From assembly GCA_051294375.1 (NCBI GenBank), contig CM119271.1:5817991-5881990 (forward strand): a stretch of DNA of 64,000 nt, read 5' to 3'. Every line of letters begins with the position of its first letter. Positions within the stretch are counted from its first letter, which is position 1. The stretch comes from Paraspadella gotoi. Taxonomy: Eukaryota; Animalia; Chaetognatha. The translations under genes were made by a program, and so were the position numbers. The notes under the pieces are model-generated. The model saw only the letters and a program-made list of their open reading frames with translations, had not been told where the DNA came from and did no database searches. This document shows positions 36,163 to 62,574 of the stretch, piece after piece.

Positions 36163-37369
36163 TCCTTAGTGACAAACTCAAAGCTTCGTCTAGCCTGAGG
36201 TCATTTTGTACGGTTTTTATCCGTTTTTAGTCGAGTTTTTTTATCTTATAAATAAAGATTTGTTTTCTACCTTTTTTGTTTTTAAAATGAAACGTACTAT
36301 AATGAACCGCAAGCCGGCAAGGTTTGCTTTGGAGGATTTGAATTATATCAAAGCTTTTTCATTCATTTGGAGTAGTAAAACTTATTGTTCTATATAAATA
36401 TTGGTATCAATATAAAATAATGTTTCAAGAATGATTCATTTAAATAAATAATTGGACTTGATCACACTCGTTGAATGGCTCATGTGGGATGCACCCATTG
36501 CACACATTGCACACCCTTCTGCAACTGCACGCAGCTGTAATTGAGATTAAACTGACGCATATGCAAAAAGCAAGAATTACTCAATCAATTAGACACACAA
36601 TCTAGGTGTCAAAATAAAGGAAAGACCATGATGATTACAAATCTTGAATTGATTTCACTCTATGATTTACTATTTTTTTGTTTGTTTTTTTTATTTGTGT
36701 CCATTTGAAAAAGAGGAAAAGTCAGCTTGCGATTTCTCGCAAAAAAGTGTTCATTTTTCCGTAATTTTTTTGCTACTATTTTTGGTATCTTCTGAAAGCT
36801 AAGATCAATCAGATTCGGAAAATGTTGTTTTAATCTATATTCAACTATTTTTTCGTAATACAGGCGCGCATATAGTCCAGAAAGAGCTCGAAAACTTTTT
36901 TTTTTTAATCTGTCTGTTTGTCCGTCCGTCCGTTTTTGATGAAGACAGAAGTTTTCGAAACGTGTTGTAAAACATCATCGTTTTCTCTTGTTAAGTAAAA
37001 GACGAGACAAAAACAATCCATAAATAATTTACCAATTGGTCTCCAGATGCTTGTGTTTTTTGCTCTGTCTTCATTCGGCCGGGAGGGACCATCGTGCCGT
37101 TGGCGCTGACGGCCACGGTAAATTTCGAGCTGATTATCTTGCTGATATAAACTCTCAACTACATGTTAAACTATGTATTTTAAAATTTTATTAAATTGAC
37201 ATTAATAAACTTTTTTAGTTTCATTAAAAATTATTTTAAGATAAACTGATTCATATCAGTTATCTTAAAATTTGATTGTTTATTGTAAAATTTTTTTCCC
37301 CAATTTTCCATTTTTTTTAAATTTTTTTTTCCCATCTTCTTTGTAACTTTTTTTACCTACTACGAGGAT

Positions 37370-37760
37370 TTGTCTCTTACTTTTTCTACTATGAGCATTT
37401 TCCCTTTACTTTCTATAAAAATTTGCTCTTCTGTCTGCACCCACTAGATCTTCACTTACATCGCTTTATACAAAATAGCAAATTTTTGCTTGTTTTGGTC
37501 TTAATAAACCAGATGGCTCCACAAACAAAAGAGCGTTTTTAAAACAAAATAGCAATAAAATTTAGTTTTAATATATTTTTTCTGAAACAAAAAACTGTCC
37601 TATTAAATCTTCTTTGTATTTTTACCCTATTCTACTAGAAGGCTTTACAAAACAGAAGGCTTTTTGTAAGACAAAGGAACATTCAAAAAATTTTATCTGC
37701 ATCTACTAGATCTTTGCTTGTACCTGCTCTTCAATAAAATAGCAAATGTTTTTTTAAATT
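37370..37760 (-). repeat. Dispersed repeat family D, inverted copy
   Basis: Reverse-complement homology with 23440-23800. Confidence 0.6.
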
Positions 37761-38109
37761 TTTTTATCATAAATATTTTTTTAAATAATTTTTTTTTTTC
37801 AAAATATAAAAAAATGCAAAATTATCTGTTTTATTATTTTTTTGTTGCTTGCGTTGTGAATGGCCTCCTTTCGCCGTATGCAACATAATCTTAAACATAT
37901 AATGATCTCTCCAAACCTTACTATTAAAAAAATTAATAAAAAAGTTTATAATCTAATTTGCATATTGCAGTAAATCATGATTAAATGGAAATTCAAATAA
38001 AAAATATTTGAATCGATATGAAACAAAAAAAAATGGACACACATTTCAACTTCCTTACTGCCTTACTAATGAAACTTGATAACTAGATAGTTAAAAGTTA
38101 AAAAAATGC

Positions 38110-38290
38110 TGCAAGTTGAAAAAATTATGTAAGTTATAAAATTATGCAAGTTGAAAAAAATTATGCACGTTGAAAAAATTATGCACGAGAAAAAAATTTA
38201 TATAAGTTGAAAAAATTATGCAAGTTGAAAAAATTATGCAAGTTAAAAAAATAATACAAGCTAAAAAAAAATACAAGTTTAAAAAATAAA
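38110..38290. repeat. ~18-20-bp minisatellite (ATGCAAGTTGAAAAAATT)n
   Basis: About 8 degenerate tandem units are visible. Confidence 0.85.
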
Positions 38291-39055
38291 AAAAATTTAA
38301 AAATAATACAAATTTAAAAAATTATTATTATTTCCGCAGTAACAGTTCAGTTTAAGCCTTTGAAAGCGATTTACATGTATTGACGCAGCCACTGGTTCGT
38401 CTTGTATTTGGTTCTCTCTCGAAACCGGATGAATATCTTCCTCGTGATAAACATTATCTATTAAGAGTCAAGTTTTTTATCTTTATGCAAATCACTTTAC
38501 GTTTTTACGTCGACTTGATCTCGCTTTATCTCATTTTTTTCGTCTTTTCTTTTGAGACCGATTTGTTTCCGGTTCAATTTTTTTCTTTATGTTGTATTGA
38601 GATAGAAAAATAAAGATAGAGAGAGAGAGTGAGAGAGATAAGTAAATAGATTAAATCAACGACTTAATTCTTTGTGACGAGTGTTTCCAAAATGGCATGA
38701 CATTCATAAAATTTCATGCCATTTTGGCATATCAGCATATATATCGGCATATATCGGCATATTTATCGGCATATATATCGGCATATCGGCGATAAAGATA
38801 TGAATCCATTCTCTCTCTACTCTTCTCTTCTTTACACCTAAACTAAAGACTAAAGCAAAGACCCGAGCTCATTTTCCAATGACAATTTTAACCGCAGAGG
38901 CATTTGAGTTGAAAACAAATGGAAGGGTCGTTCCGAAACAACGTAAGCGGCAACTCTCTGCTCGTAATCCAAGTATGTTCCGGATTTAAGACTCGCGCGC
39001 GCCGCCTGCTGTATCAAACTTGAATTTATTCATTTAAAATCCTCTTTGAGAGTTT

Positions 39056-39430
39056 TTAGTTGCGCGGCGAGTACTCGCGGAGCAACTCTATAAGTCACTT
39101 TCCGGTCGGTCGGTCCGTCGGTATGTCTGTCTGTTGGTCTGTCCCACTTACGTTAAAAACGCTTATATTTGGCCTATAGTTTGTTGCTAATTTGTTAAAA
39201 ATCAAATCTAAGCAACTTTGTTATTAAAAAAATCTTATAAACTATAAGGAATAAATGACATGATAACATTGGTCCCTTTCGATGATGATTCATCCAATCA
39301 CAGAGTCCTTGGTAAATTTTATCCGAGTCGCCGATCCGATTCCATTTTTGGTTCCAATGCCATCTGCGATGATAAGTAAAAAAAAAAGTAATGCAGCGCA
39401 ACACCTTGGAATAATCATTCCTTGTTTTTA
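39056..39430 (+). mobile_element. HINE-like family C element
   Basis: 5' AGTTGCGCGGCGAGTACTCGCGGAGCAACT hairpin, GTCG/GTCY microsatellite, 3' GCGCAAC subterminal inverted copy plus GGAATAATCATTCC stem-loop. An inverted copy lies in beta-tubulin intron 3. Confidence 0.6.
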
Positions 39431-40761
39431 AAATCTTTTATCGCATTTTTAATCTGCTTGTGAAATCCCGGCAAATGAAAAGTGATTAGGTAAAAGGATT
39501 CGGATTACTAAAAACTCTTGACTTTAAATTTAATTTTCCATTTCAGTTGAAAAGGTAAAAAAGAAATTTAAAAATTTAAAGCCGAAGTAGAGAAAAGGAA
39601 AAGAAAAATTTAAAGACCCACGGAGCTCATAAAGCCGTCCGAGTAAGATCTGGCTGGAAATAGCTTTAACTAGAGCTGGGGTAATTACACTGGCTTGCCA
39701 TGGGAGCACGCCAAGATATTGGAGCGTTAAGGCCGAACCTAAAACTTTTTGGAAACATAGTCTGAGGAGACCAACCAGCTATGCGCATTGCATTATAATG
39801 TCAACTTAACATTGAAAAAGCCATATTATACTGTTAAACGTTATTAACATATTTATGTAATTTGTAATTTTACGTTCAGAATCGAGTTACTTACAGAAAA
39901 TTAACCTTTCCGTTGTACATTTTTTGCGAGAAAATGTCGCCAACTTCTTCATCGTCACCATAAATTTTTATTACGTTCTTACCAGAAAGGTGACGGGGCG
40001 AAAGGAAAGGTTCACAGGAGACTTTCATTGTGCATTGCACAATGTGCAATACATTGCACAATGTGCAATCTGGGTGCGCATTGTACAATGTACGGTAAAC
40101 TGCGTGCAATGAGCAATAAGCTTCTCTAAAATATGGTCTTTTCATACAATTAAAACATTCTTTGAAATATTATGCCATTTGCATCCCGAATAAAACGTCG
40201 TATGTTTTTTAAATTTGGAAAAAAATCCTAATTCGAAATTTCTTATCGTTATCGATCTTAAATTTTATTTTCTCGAATGAAAAAAATTTTCAATGTTTTT
40301 GAAAATTTTACTTAATTTTTTTTTATTTTTTAAAGAACGAAACCAGAGAACCTCCAAAAACTATATAATGCGTCAATTTGTTGCTCTTTGTCTTGCTTTT
40401 TCTTTCGAAGAACCGCATATACAATGTAGTAACCTGAAAATTTATAAATTCATTAATATCATGGCGTTCAGAAACAACGATCACCAAGGTTTTAGTTGCG
40501 CCGCGAGTACTCGTGTATCTTCTTCTTCAAGTATATCTCCAATTTTATTATCGTTTTAAATATTTGTAATACGTTGTTGAAACGTAGACTGCCTTTTTAA
40601 GTAGTTAATATAAATTAAATTAATTAAATTATTAACTTAATTCTTTGTGACGAGGATTATTTATTAAATGAATGCTTATTAATTAAAAGAATGGATATTT
40701 TTTTATTTGGAGCACAAATTTCATATAAACTTCTTAGTTCATTTTTAAATTATATCTATAG

Positions 40762-41757
40762 GAAAACTTGGCGCTTTTTCCGTAAATACGTTAGTTTCTT
40801 TCGTCTAACTAAATTGTGGTGAGAATTTCAACTTGAAATAATTCCCTCATTTTTTGGAGCTGTCTTTCTGCCATTTTTTTTCTCTGACGATTTAAGAAAT
40901 GGTCGTCTGGCGACACCACTGGACAACAAACAGAAAACAAAAGCCACCTCTCAGTAGAAATTCAACGCGACGAAGTGGAAAACAGTCGAAAGAATAGACA
41001 AGAAAAATTTCACCTTCGTTTAGCTTTGTTTGGTTAATTTATTCAAAATAATTTAATATCAGTTCGTCAGTTAAATCACTCACGATTACAATAAAAATAT
41101 ACCCATTTGAACCAATTTCATAAATAAACAAAATATAATTTTTAATTAATTGAGTATTGAGTAATAATAACAATAAAAAAAATCTGTATCACTTCTTTTT
41201 TGAAATTTTTGGCCCATTGGGTTCGTTAAAATGAAAAAAAAAATTAATTTAAAAAACTTACCAGACATCGTTCTATCGATACTAACTATTGCGACAAGCA
41301 CTGCTGCAAAAAATACTCCGGACGCAACACCCAAAAGAATCACAGCTGCTCTTCATAAACGCGTCTGAAAGATTAAGCCACAGCTATGGGAGTAGCCGCC
41401 ATATGAAATTAAGAAAAAGAATACATTTTTAAACGCCTTAAATGACTTTTAATAATCAAGTATAAAAATAACTTCTCAAACAGCTGCAGTTTAATGGCCA
41501 TAGGGTAGTAAAGATAATATGTCCCTGTAAATATTTCTAAATTGAGTTCTTCATTTGCTCTCTTTAGAATTTTCCTTTTAGCATAGAAATGATCTACCAG
41601 CACGCATATTGTTGGCTTTGGGTATGCTACAATCGTAGGCTGCAACATCTTTATAAATGGCTCTAATCGACTCGGCTTGAGTGCATGGTTTTCCGACATC
41701 GAATAGTTGTTATTCCAATTCTTAATAGCCTTCTTAATAATATAACATACTGCTAGG
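40762..41757 (+). repeat. ~1-kb direct duplication, copy 1
   Basis: Near-identical to 46059-47057. The differences are mostly 1-2-nt indels. Confidence 0.9.
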
Positions 41758-41936
41758 CGGTGTGTGTGGTCATTTAATTTCATTTTTTTGTACTTTTCAG
41801 TGTCGAAATTTTAAATTCATTTAAATTTCATCCAATCGTTTTTATAAATTCAACTTTATCTCCGTTCTTCGTCTCCAATTTTGATAAATAAACTTACCAA
41901 CTTAGTTCCAAATCCTAACGTCCTTGTGTAAGGTAA

Positions 41937-42092
41937 GGTGGGACGGACGGACATCTTTTTTTTGCATTAATTATCATAATTCGTGTCTGACATGATTTAA
42001 GTGAATGCCCGACAAGATTGAGGGGGCGACTGAACGTACTGACAAAGTGAATTATAAAGTCGGATCTTGCTGATAGCAGCATCCAACTAAAA
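41937..42092 (-). mobile_element. HINE-like family B, 5' fragment
   Basis: GGACGGACGGAC and TGACAAAGTGAATTATA...GCAGCATCCAACTAAAA are the reverse complement of the family B 5' end. Confidence 0.55.
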
Positions 42093-43226
42093 TGGGCAGG
42101 ATTAGAGAGAAAAATATTAAATTAGTTGAATTTTTATCATGCGCCATCAGAGTACTTATATTATTTGTTTTAATAGACATTGTGTATTATCTGTCTTATC
42201 TGTCCTCACTACCTAAGAATTGTCCTTTTCTAAATATTTTTTGGAAGCCTTTATGTTGTGTCTCTCTCTCTCTTCCATTCTCTCTATATAAACCTTTAAT
42301 TTTTTTTATGGAGGCAAACACATTTTTAGAATAAATTAAAAATAATTAAAATCGGATAAAGAAGCTTTTAGAAAAAATGAATTGCGCTATACGAAATCCA
42401 CTAATAAGTGCGTATTTTATCAACAAATTTTGTTTAATTTTTTCCATTCAGATTACAATAAAGATTTCAGATTCAGGCACAGTCACATAGAATTCTTAAC
42501 TCTAAATTATTTAAATTTAAATTTTCGGAACATTCAACAGAATCAGCGGCATTTACTATTTATTTTCATCAAAAAAGGTAGCCAAAATTAAAGTTTGCAG
42601 TTAACAAAGTTGGAATTTAGTTTGGCATTAAAAATCAGGAAATATAAACGTTAAACACTAATTATCATTGATTTGATTACAAAATTAACTTGGAAAAATT
42701 AACTTGAATCGCGGGATTGCAATGACGACGCGCCAGCAGATGGACTTTTGGAGCCCTCGCCTTTATCGTTCATTGTTACGTCCGGGATCAGCAAAATTAC
42801 GTTTCGCCTAAAAACTTGCAAAGAACTTAAAGAAAATTACTTTCAACTAAAAACCGCCAATTCTCATCAAATTTATAAAATAGTCCAATTTTCAAAATAA
42901 AGTGCCATAAAAAGCACTAAAAGCTAAATCTTATAAATGAAATCACTGTGGTAGATACTTACTTTAGGAATTAAATTAATTAATTAGTTAGATACATGAA
43001 CCACTAGCTTTACCAAACTATGGAAATCAGCGGTTGAGACAGAGCTGAACTACAAATACCTGTCTCAATAACCATATTTATATTTGGTAAGATAGTGGGT
43101 TTCATTGTAGATTTTTAATTATCAACTTATCACAGTTGATATTGCGTTTTTTAAGATTCGCCTTTTTATTCATGAGAATAGGACAGACAGGTCATTGAAT
43201 TATATGCGCAAAGTAGTCTCATACTT

Positions 43227-43428
43227 ACTGCCAGAGCAAGTTCATCGCCTCCCACCCAAAGCTCCAGGGTTCTAGCCCGGTGGCCGCCCTTGCAGTTAAG
43301 AGGGACCGGGCGCTTAACCCCGCCTGTACATTGGTGTTACAGCCTGATCCGAGCCTCAGGGACTGCTTATATTTGAAGGTTTCTGTCATTACACAAATCA
43401 ATTATTACTATCTCTTCAGTACTACATA
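43227..43428 (-). mobile_element. Structured repeat family A, copy 2
   Basis: Reverse complement of 13096-13295 (CCTGATCCGAGCCTCAGGGACTGCTTATATTTGAA). Confidence 0.75.
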
Positions 43429-46058
43429 GTTTAGGAATGGCTGCGTCCATCTTCCCAAAATACGTGAAAATCCTCTTTTGGTGCAGCCGCTCTTGGTTTG
43501 GCGAAAAATCGTGGTCAGGAGTGGATCGCGATGAAATAAAAAGTTTTTCTGTCTCTTTATCTTGTTGAGTCGTAAAGAAGTTAAAATTAGAGTACCCCTT
43601 CAATTAATATATAGTAATAAATGTACAATTTTATACCACCCCTAAACCCTAAACCACCCTAACCCTTTTACGCCTCCCTAACCCGGTCGGCGAAAGTAAA
43701 AGTAACCCCAAAAAAATTAATACTAGTGCTTCTTAGTTATTTTGGTCAATTTGAAGACGCTGTCTCAATCGGGAATTCACGACAAGGGGAAAACTGAAAA
43801 GTATTCCACCTCAGATCTCTTGAGCCGGAGCCAAGAAAAACGGGGACAAATCATAACGCGCGGACAAAAAAAAAAACAAACTTTCAAAGATTTTGCATTT
43901 TCCTTGAAAATTGATACGTTAGCATTAACTTTACAAATATTTAGTGTTACTATTTTATTATTGTATTGTTAGAAAATTACGCAATTTAGCTTTTCGTTGA
44001 TATGTATAATAAAATTGTTTACTGCCTTTTAACTAAAAATTTATAAACTATTAAATTTGTATATGTAAACAAAACAAACGGATCGGAGGTTAAAGTGTAA
44101 ATTACAAGTGCTTTCGATTTCAGGTCGATCCGCGATATATATAATTCTGAAACTTTTCTATTGTCGCTCGTTATTATTACATTGTAATAATACTTACTGT
44201 TACGATAAAGGAGCACTTTTTTCTCGTTCAACGTAACGTTTATTATCATCAAATAATTCACGAGGCGGACGAATGTTAAAAATTACAGAGTTTATATATA
44301 TTATTATTTATTATATTTTATATTATATTTATTATTATTATTTATTTATATACACAGGATTGGACTGATTGGAAGCAAGTGACCAATTTTGGTCGAACGC
44401 ACTTTGATTCCGGTTGTTGTTTACATTGTAAATTAAGTTACAAGTTGTACATGCAATGATTTATTAACAAAGAATTACAACGAACGAAAGGTACAATTTA
44501 GTAGATCTTGAAATACAATGATCGTATTGTACATGGCGAAGTGAATAATTAAATACAAAAAACATTGTAAAATTCAAGGAATGCAATATCTTCTAGTTGT
44601 GCTAATTCTTTATTGTTTGCAATTTGTCTGATTTTCGTCGGTTCGACCAATGGAGCGTCTTGAGACGGACTTTAATTGCCCGTGTGTTGATCCGAAAAAC
44701 AGAACGACGTCTTCAACAGATAAAAAAGTTCCCCTTTACATTACAAAAATTCCAAACGGACTTCAAAATCGACTATCCTTAATATTTTTAAATTTACGTT
44801 GCATAGATTACTGTCACGAATGTTACATAGCGAGAAAAATCATACTGTAGTTAATTTAGCACCCTAAACAGAACAAAGAAAACTAAGGCTTACTATACTG
44901 TGAAAAACTTAGAGATGGTTGCATAAATAATTATACATATATAACATGTACAAAATACATTTATAAATTCTACTGTCATAATTCCTTTGGTGAGCAGGCG
45001 CCATGTCATAATAATCAGCATGGTCCGACAAGGGTCGCTTTCTTCCAGTCCTCCTTTCTTCGACGACAAATGAAACATACTCCGACGCGGTCGAGGCAAG
45101 CGCTCCAAAACAAAGTAAATACTTTAATAAATACTTATTTAAACTTACTATTTTACTTAATAAATATTATTATTAATAAAATAAATATTAAAAAACTTAT
45201 TTAAGCTTTAATTTTCTTTATTTTTCTTATAATAAATCCTGTTCCGCTTCGACGCCATACTCCCTTCGCCGTAGCTCGCGACCAGAACGCTCGTAGCAAA
45301 GTCAAAGAAAGGAATAAAACATTAATTATATATATTAAAATAATAAAATGAATATGAAATATAAAATTATATAATAATAATATAATTTTTTTTAAATTTT
45401 CAGCCGGGAAAGATGTTTGCACAATAAACGAGCAACAAAAGTCAAAATCCTCTTTCGCAAACCGGTTTGCTCGTCGCAAGGCCATGCTTCGGATTTGATT
45501 CGCGGTAAAGCAATATGCGCGTTTGGCGTATTCCAATATAGAATGTTAATCGAAGCAAAAAGCCCTTTGATTTTCTTCGGATTTATTTTAACGTTTAGAA
45601 TATTAGCCTCGGCGCTCCACCCTAAAAAATGGAAAGTAGAGACACTGCTACTTTCTTAACCATTGTATTCAAAAGGGAACATTCTTCGTGGGCCATGAGT
45701 TGGTAAATTTGAGCTAAAAAAAGAGTTCATTTGATTTACCAAAACAAAGCCAATCAAGCTTGCAAATTTTTTACCTTTTTTTTAGATCAATGGAGAGAGA
45801 AAACATGGGCTTTCATATATAAAAGTCTCAAATGGAGTATGGTTTCTTTATTATTGAGAACGAGTGTCTACGGAGAGTAAGTTTACGGAAGGGGTCCAAC
45901 CAGTCACTTCAAATGCTTTTTAATACATGAAAAATTAAAATTTCGCTCGCGCTCCACCTTCGATTGCCCTGCCAAGACCCTACACTTTCAGAATCTACCA
46001 TATTATTACGATTTATAAAGCTTGACCCATGGGATTTTATATAGAATCGATTTCAAGC

Positions 46059-47057
46059 GAAAACTTGGCGCCTTTTTCCGAAAACGACTTAGTTTCTTTC
46101 GTCTAACTAAATTGTGGTGAGAATTTCAACTTGAAATAATTCCCTCATTTTTTGGAGCTGTCTTTCTGCCATTTTTTTTCTTGACGATTTAAGAAATGGT
46201 CGTCTGGCGACACCACTGGACAACAAACAGAAAACAAAAGCCACCTCTCAGTAGAAATTCAACGCGACGAAGTGGAAAACAGTCGAAAGAATAGACAAGA
46301 AAAATTTCACCTTCGTTTAGCTTTGTTTTGTTAATTTATTCAAAATAATTTAATATCAGTTCGTCAGTTAAATCACTCACGATTACAATAAAAATATACC
46401 CATTTGAACCAATTTCATAAATAAACAAAATATAATTTTTAATTAATTGAGTTATGAGTAATTAATAACAATTAAAAAAAAATCTGTTTATCACTTCTCT
46501 TTTTTGAAATTTTTGGCCCATTGGGTTCTTAAAATGAAAAAAAAATTAATTTAAAAAAACTTAACCAGACATCGTTCTATCGATACTAACTATTGCGACA
46601 AGCACTGCTGCAAAAAAATACTCCGGACGCAACACCCAAAAGAATCACAGCTGCTCTTCATAAACGCGTCTGAAAGATTAAGCCACAGCTATGGGAGTAG
46701 CCGCCACAGTGAAATTAAGAAAAAGAATACATTTTTAAAGCACCTTAAAATGACTTTAATAATCAAGTATAAAAATAACTTCTCAAACGCCAGTTTAATG
46801 GCCATAGGGTAGTAAAGATAATATGTCCCTGTAAATATCTAAATTGAGTTCTTCATTTGCTCTCTTTAGAATTTTCCTTTTAGCATAGAAATGATCTACC
46901 AGCACGCATATTGTTGCTTTGGGTATGCTACAATCGTAGGCTGCAACATCTTTATAAATGGCTCTAATCGACTCGGCTTGAGTGCATGGTTTTCCGACAT
47001 CGAATAGTTGTTATTCCAATTCTTAATAGCCTTCTTAATAATATAACATACTGCTAG
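46059..47057 (+). repeat. ~1-kb direct duplication, copy 2 (possible assembly artefact)
   Basis: Near-identical to 40762-41757, with indels largely in homopolymers. Confidence 0.9.
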
Positions 47058-48467
47058 GGAACGTTAAGTAGTGGGTTCTTTGGCGGCCAAATCAACAGAC
47101 ATTGCATTAAAGCTTTGTACAATTTATTATTATGTCAAAGAAAGTGTATTCCCTTCATGTTTCAAAAAAAAAAAAACTCCTAAATTTGATTAAGGTTTAG
47201 CTTCAAAGAGGCAACTAAAAAATCGGGCAATTTTTTTTATCAGTGTAAACCTTAAAATTTTCATCCAACACCGGTAAAGTCTATTTTTTAAACGCAAATT
47301 TTTAATTTTTTTTTTCATTAACAGCACCTACCTCAGTGTAATACTAACAAACTAAAACCAAGTCATTCCATTATGTTATAGAATCAATTAATGGATTGGA
47401 AAACATAAACGTTTATGTAGAGAGAGAGCAGAACGCTTATATGAGGTAGTGTCTATTATCATTTTATTACAAAAAGAATGATTAAAAAATTGTTAAAATT
47501 TTAAAATTCAAAGACATTCGTCCCCTGGCATTCTGAAGTTGGGTCCACTGATAACAACCCTCAATGGTGCCCTCGGACTGCCACAGATTCACAGACGAAA
47601 CAGCTCATGGCTTGCCTTTGACATTTAATTCTGTTCCCCAGGTTCAAAGCTGGTTCAAAAACAAGACTGAGAAAAAAATAAATAAACACTTTGCAGCATT
47701 CCTCCTGTTACTGACTGCCTTTCCCCAGCCACAGCCATTTGTTAATTTAAAAAAAATTGTACAATTTGGGATTTAAAACTTTTAAAGATCGGTAAAAGCC
47801 ATCATTTAAACTAGAATGAAAATAGATTTCGGAAAGCTTTCGATTTAAAGTTCTTTGCGATTCAGTTCTGTAAAATCTTACCAGAAAAAAATTAAAAAAT
47901 AAAAAATAAATAAACAAAAAGAGTTGCGGGAGCTAAAACCGTTTGAAATAAAATAACTAAAATTATTTTTTATATAGTAGGAAAGGTTGGGAGAAATTCT
48001 ATGAGAGGGATTTTGGAAAATTTACTAGTTTTCAGATTATAAGGAATTTAATGCCAAAAATTTTTCTTTTCTTTTTTTTTTTCTTATTGAAGGATAAGTG
48101 AATTTGAAAAATCCTCTCATAGAATGGACCTTGTCCTCAAGTAAATTTTATGTAAAAATTTTCATGAAAAAATCCGCTTAGCCGTTTGGGCCGCAACTCT
48201 TCGAAAGGTTTTCTTTTATTTAGTATAGTATTATAAAATTTCGAAAAAACAGCAATTGGATTCGAAAGAGAGATAAAGTGAATACATTTTCCAGAATCAA
48301 CTGGACCTCTACTTTTTCGAATACAAGCTTTATTTAATCCTAATTATAACTTTTGGCCAGTGATCCCAGGCCTTAACATACTTTAGTAGTGGTTTTACGG
48401 CCAGAGCAAATTCAACCAACATTGCATCGTCTTGATAGATAGTGCTTCGTACGGCATTAAAAAAATA

Positions 48468-48492
48468 NNNNNNNNNNNNNNNNNNNNNNNNN
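48468..48492. other. Assembly gap (25 N)
   Basis: Run of n. Confidence 1.
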
Positions 48493-48659
48493 AAACCTAT
48501 ATCAGAAAGAGAAAACATCAGTGATTATTTTTGGGTATTATTAAAAAAAATTTAATAATTATTTTCCATTGAAATCTAATAGTAAATACTATTCTAAGTT
48601 TTTAATCCGGACCCTGCAAATTTCCGCATATATCGCCATCTTCGTTCTTCACAATGGGA

Positions 48660-59183
<10,524 letters not shown>

Positions 59184-60202
59184 CGCTATCAACGGGGTAT
59201 TTTTTTACTATGGAGGTGGAAAGGTCTGAGCCATCATGCAGTTCACCTCAACTTTTCGATTGGCGTGAAATTCTGGAATTGCTCAGGAGTCGTAGAGTAG
59301 TTGGATAATGGAACATTTAAGGACCTGAATGGCTTGATTATTCGGTCGGGATTTCGATATCGAAATCAGTGTTTTTTTTGTTTTGTTTTTGTTTTTGTTT
59401 TTAGTTCTTTTGTTGTTGTTTTTTTGTTTTGTTTTTCTTTTTACTTTAGAGTTATCTGCGAATAAATTAAGTTACGTAAAAAAAATGGTCAAACTAAAAA
59501 CCTAATTAAATCTACATACTTAAAAATTATGTAAAATTTTTTTTTTTCGCGCCGAGGTTTGTTTTTCTCGGATAAAACTGATCGTCGAGAGACGATGACT
59601 CTCATTTATACCCCGAGTTCGCGTCGGATTCGTCGTGGTTATCGTCGTCGTTATGTTCGTCGTCGTCATCGCAGGTTTTTTTTTCGTCATGGCTTCTGCT
59701 CGCGACATCTTTGCTGTTTGCCCAACGCCGATCCTTATGACGTCACTCCCCCGTTTACCGCACAACCCACCACCCCGAAAAGCATTAAACACCTATTCAA
59801 ACAGAGACCTTGTGGACGTTGATGCGATATTTTCGTCGTCATTGTCATCGTCGTTATGGCTTGAAACGAAATTGTCGATAATGAAGATACATGATGTTTA
59901 GGTCTCGCGTTATTCACTTTAATTACGCGAAATAATGACTTTGGAAATTCATGCTAGCGTCATAAGTCTTCAGGTAATCGTTAGACAAAAATTAGATATG
60001 AAGCGTTATAAGTCATAAGTTTTTTAAAGCTCCATCATACAGAGCACTCGCTTAGTCAAAGTTCGACATAAGCTTCTATTTGCATGCCGCCAAACAAACA
60101 ACATTTAAACGAACCCATACCCTCAAACTAAGCTCTACCGTAGAAAGGTTGTTTTTTAGAAATTTTCGATTTTTACTCCTAATCCGCAAAAAAGCAATCA
60201 AG

Positions 60203-62574
<2,372 letters not shown>

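Noticed and set aside
41282-41350. GPCR TM3 (SIDRT resembling the DRY motif)
   Set aside because: A single helix, an upstream in-frame stop at the wrong spacing for the conserved Cys, and no other TM exons identified.
44640-45660. Small plus-strand multi-exon gene suggested by GC islands and a tttcag acceptor at ~45403
   Set aside because: No coherent reading frame or homology could be assembled.
40762-47057. LTR retrotransposon bounded by the 1-kb direct repeats
   Set aside because: No TG...CA ends, PBS, PPT or internal gag/pol ORF. The differences resemble sequencing indels.
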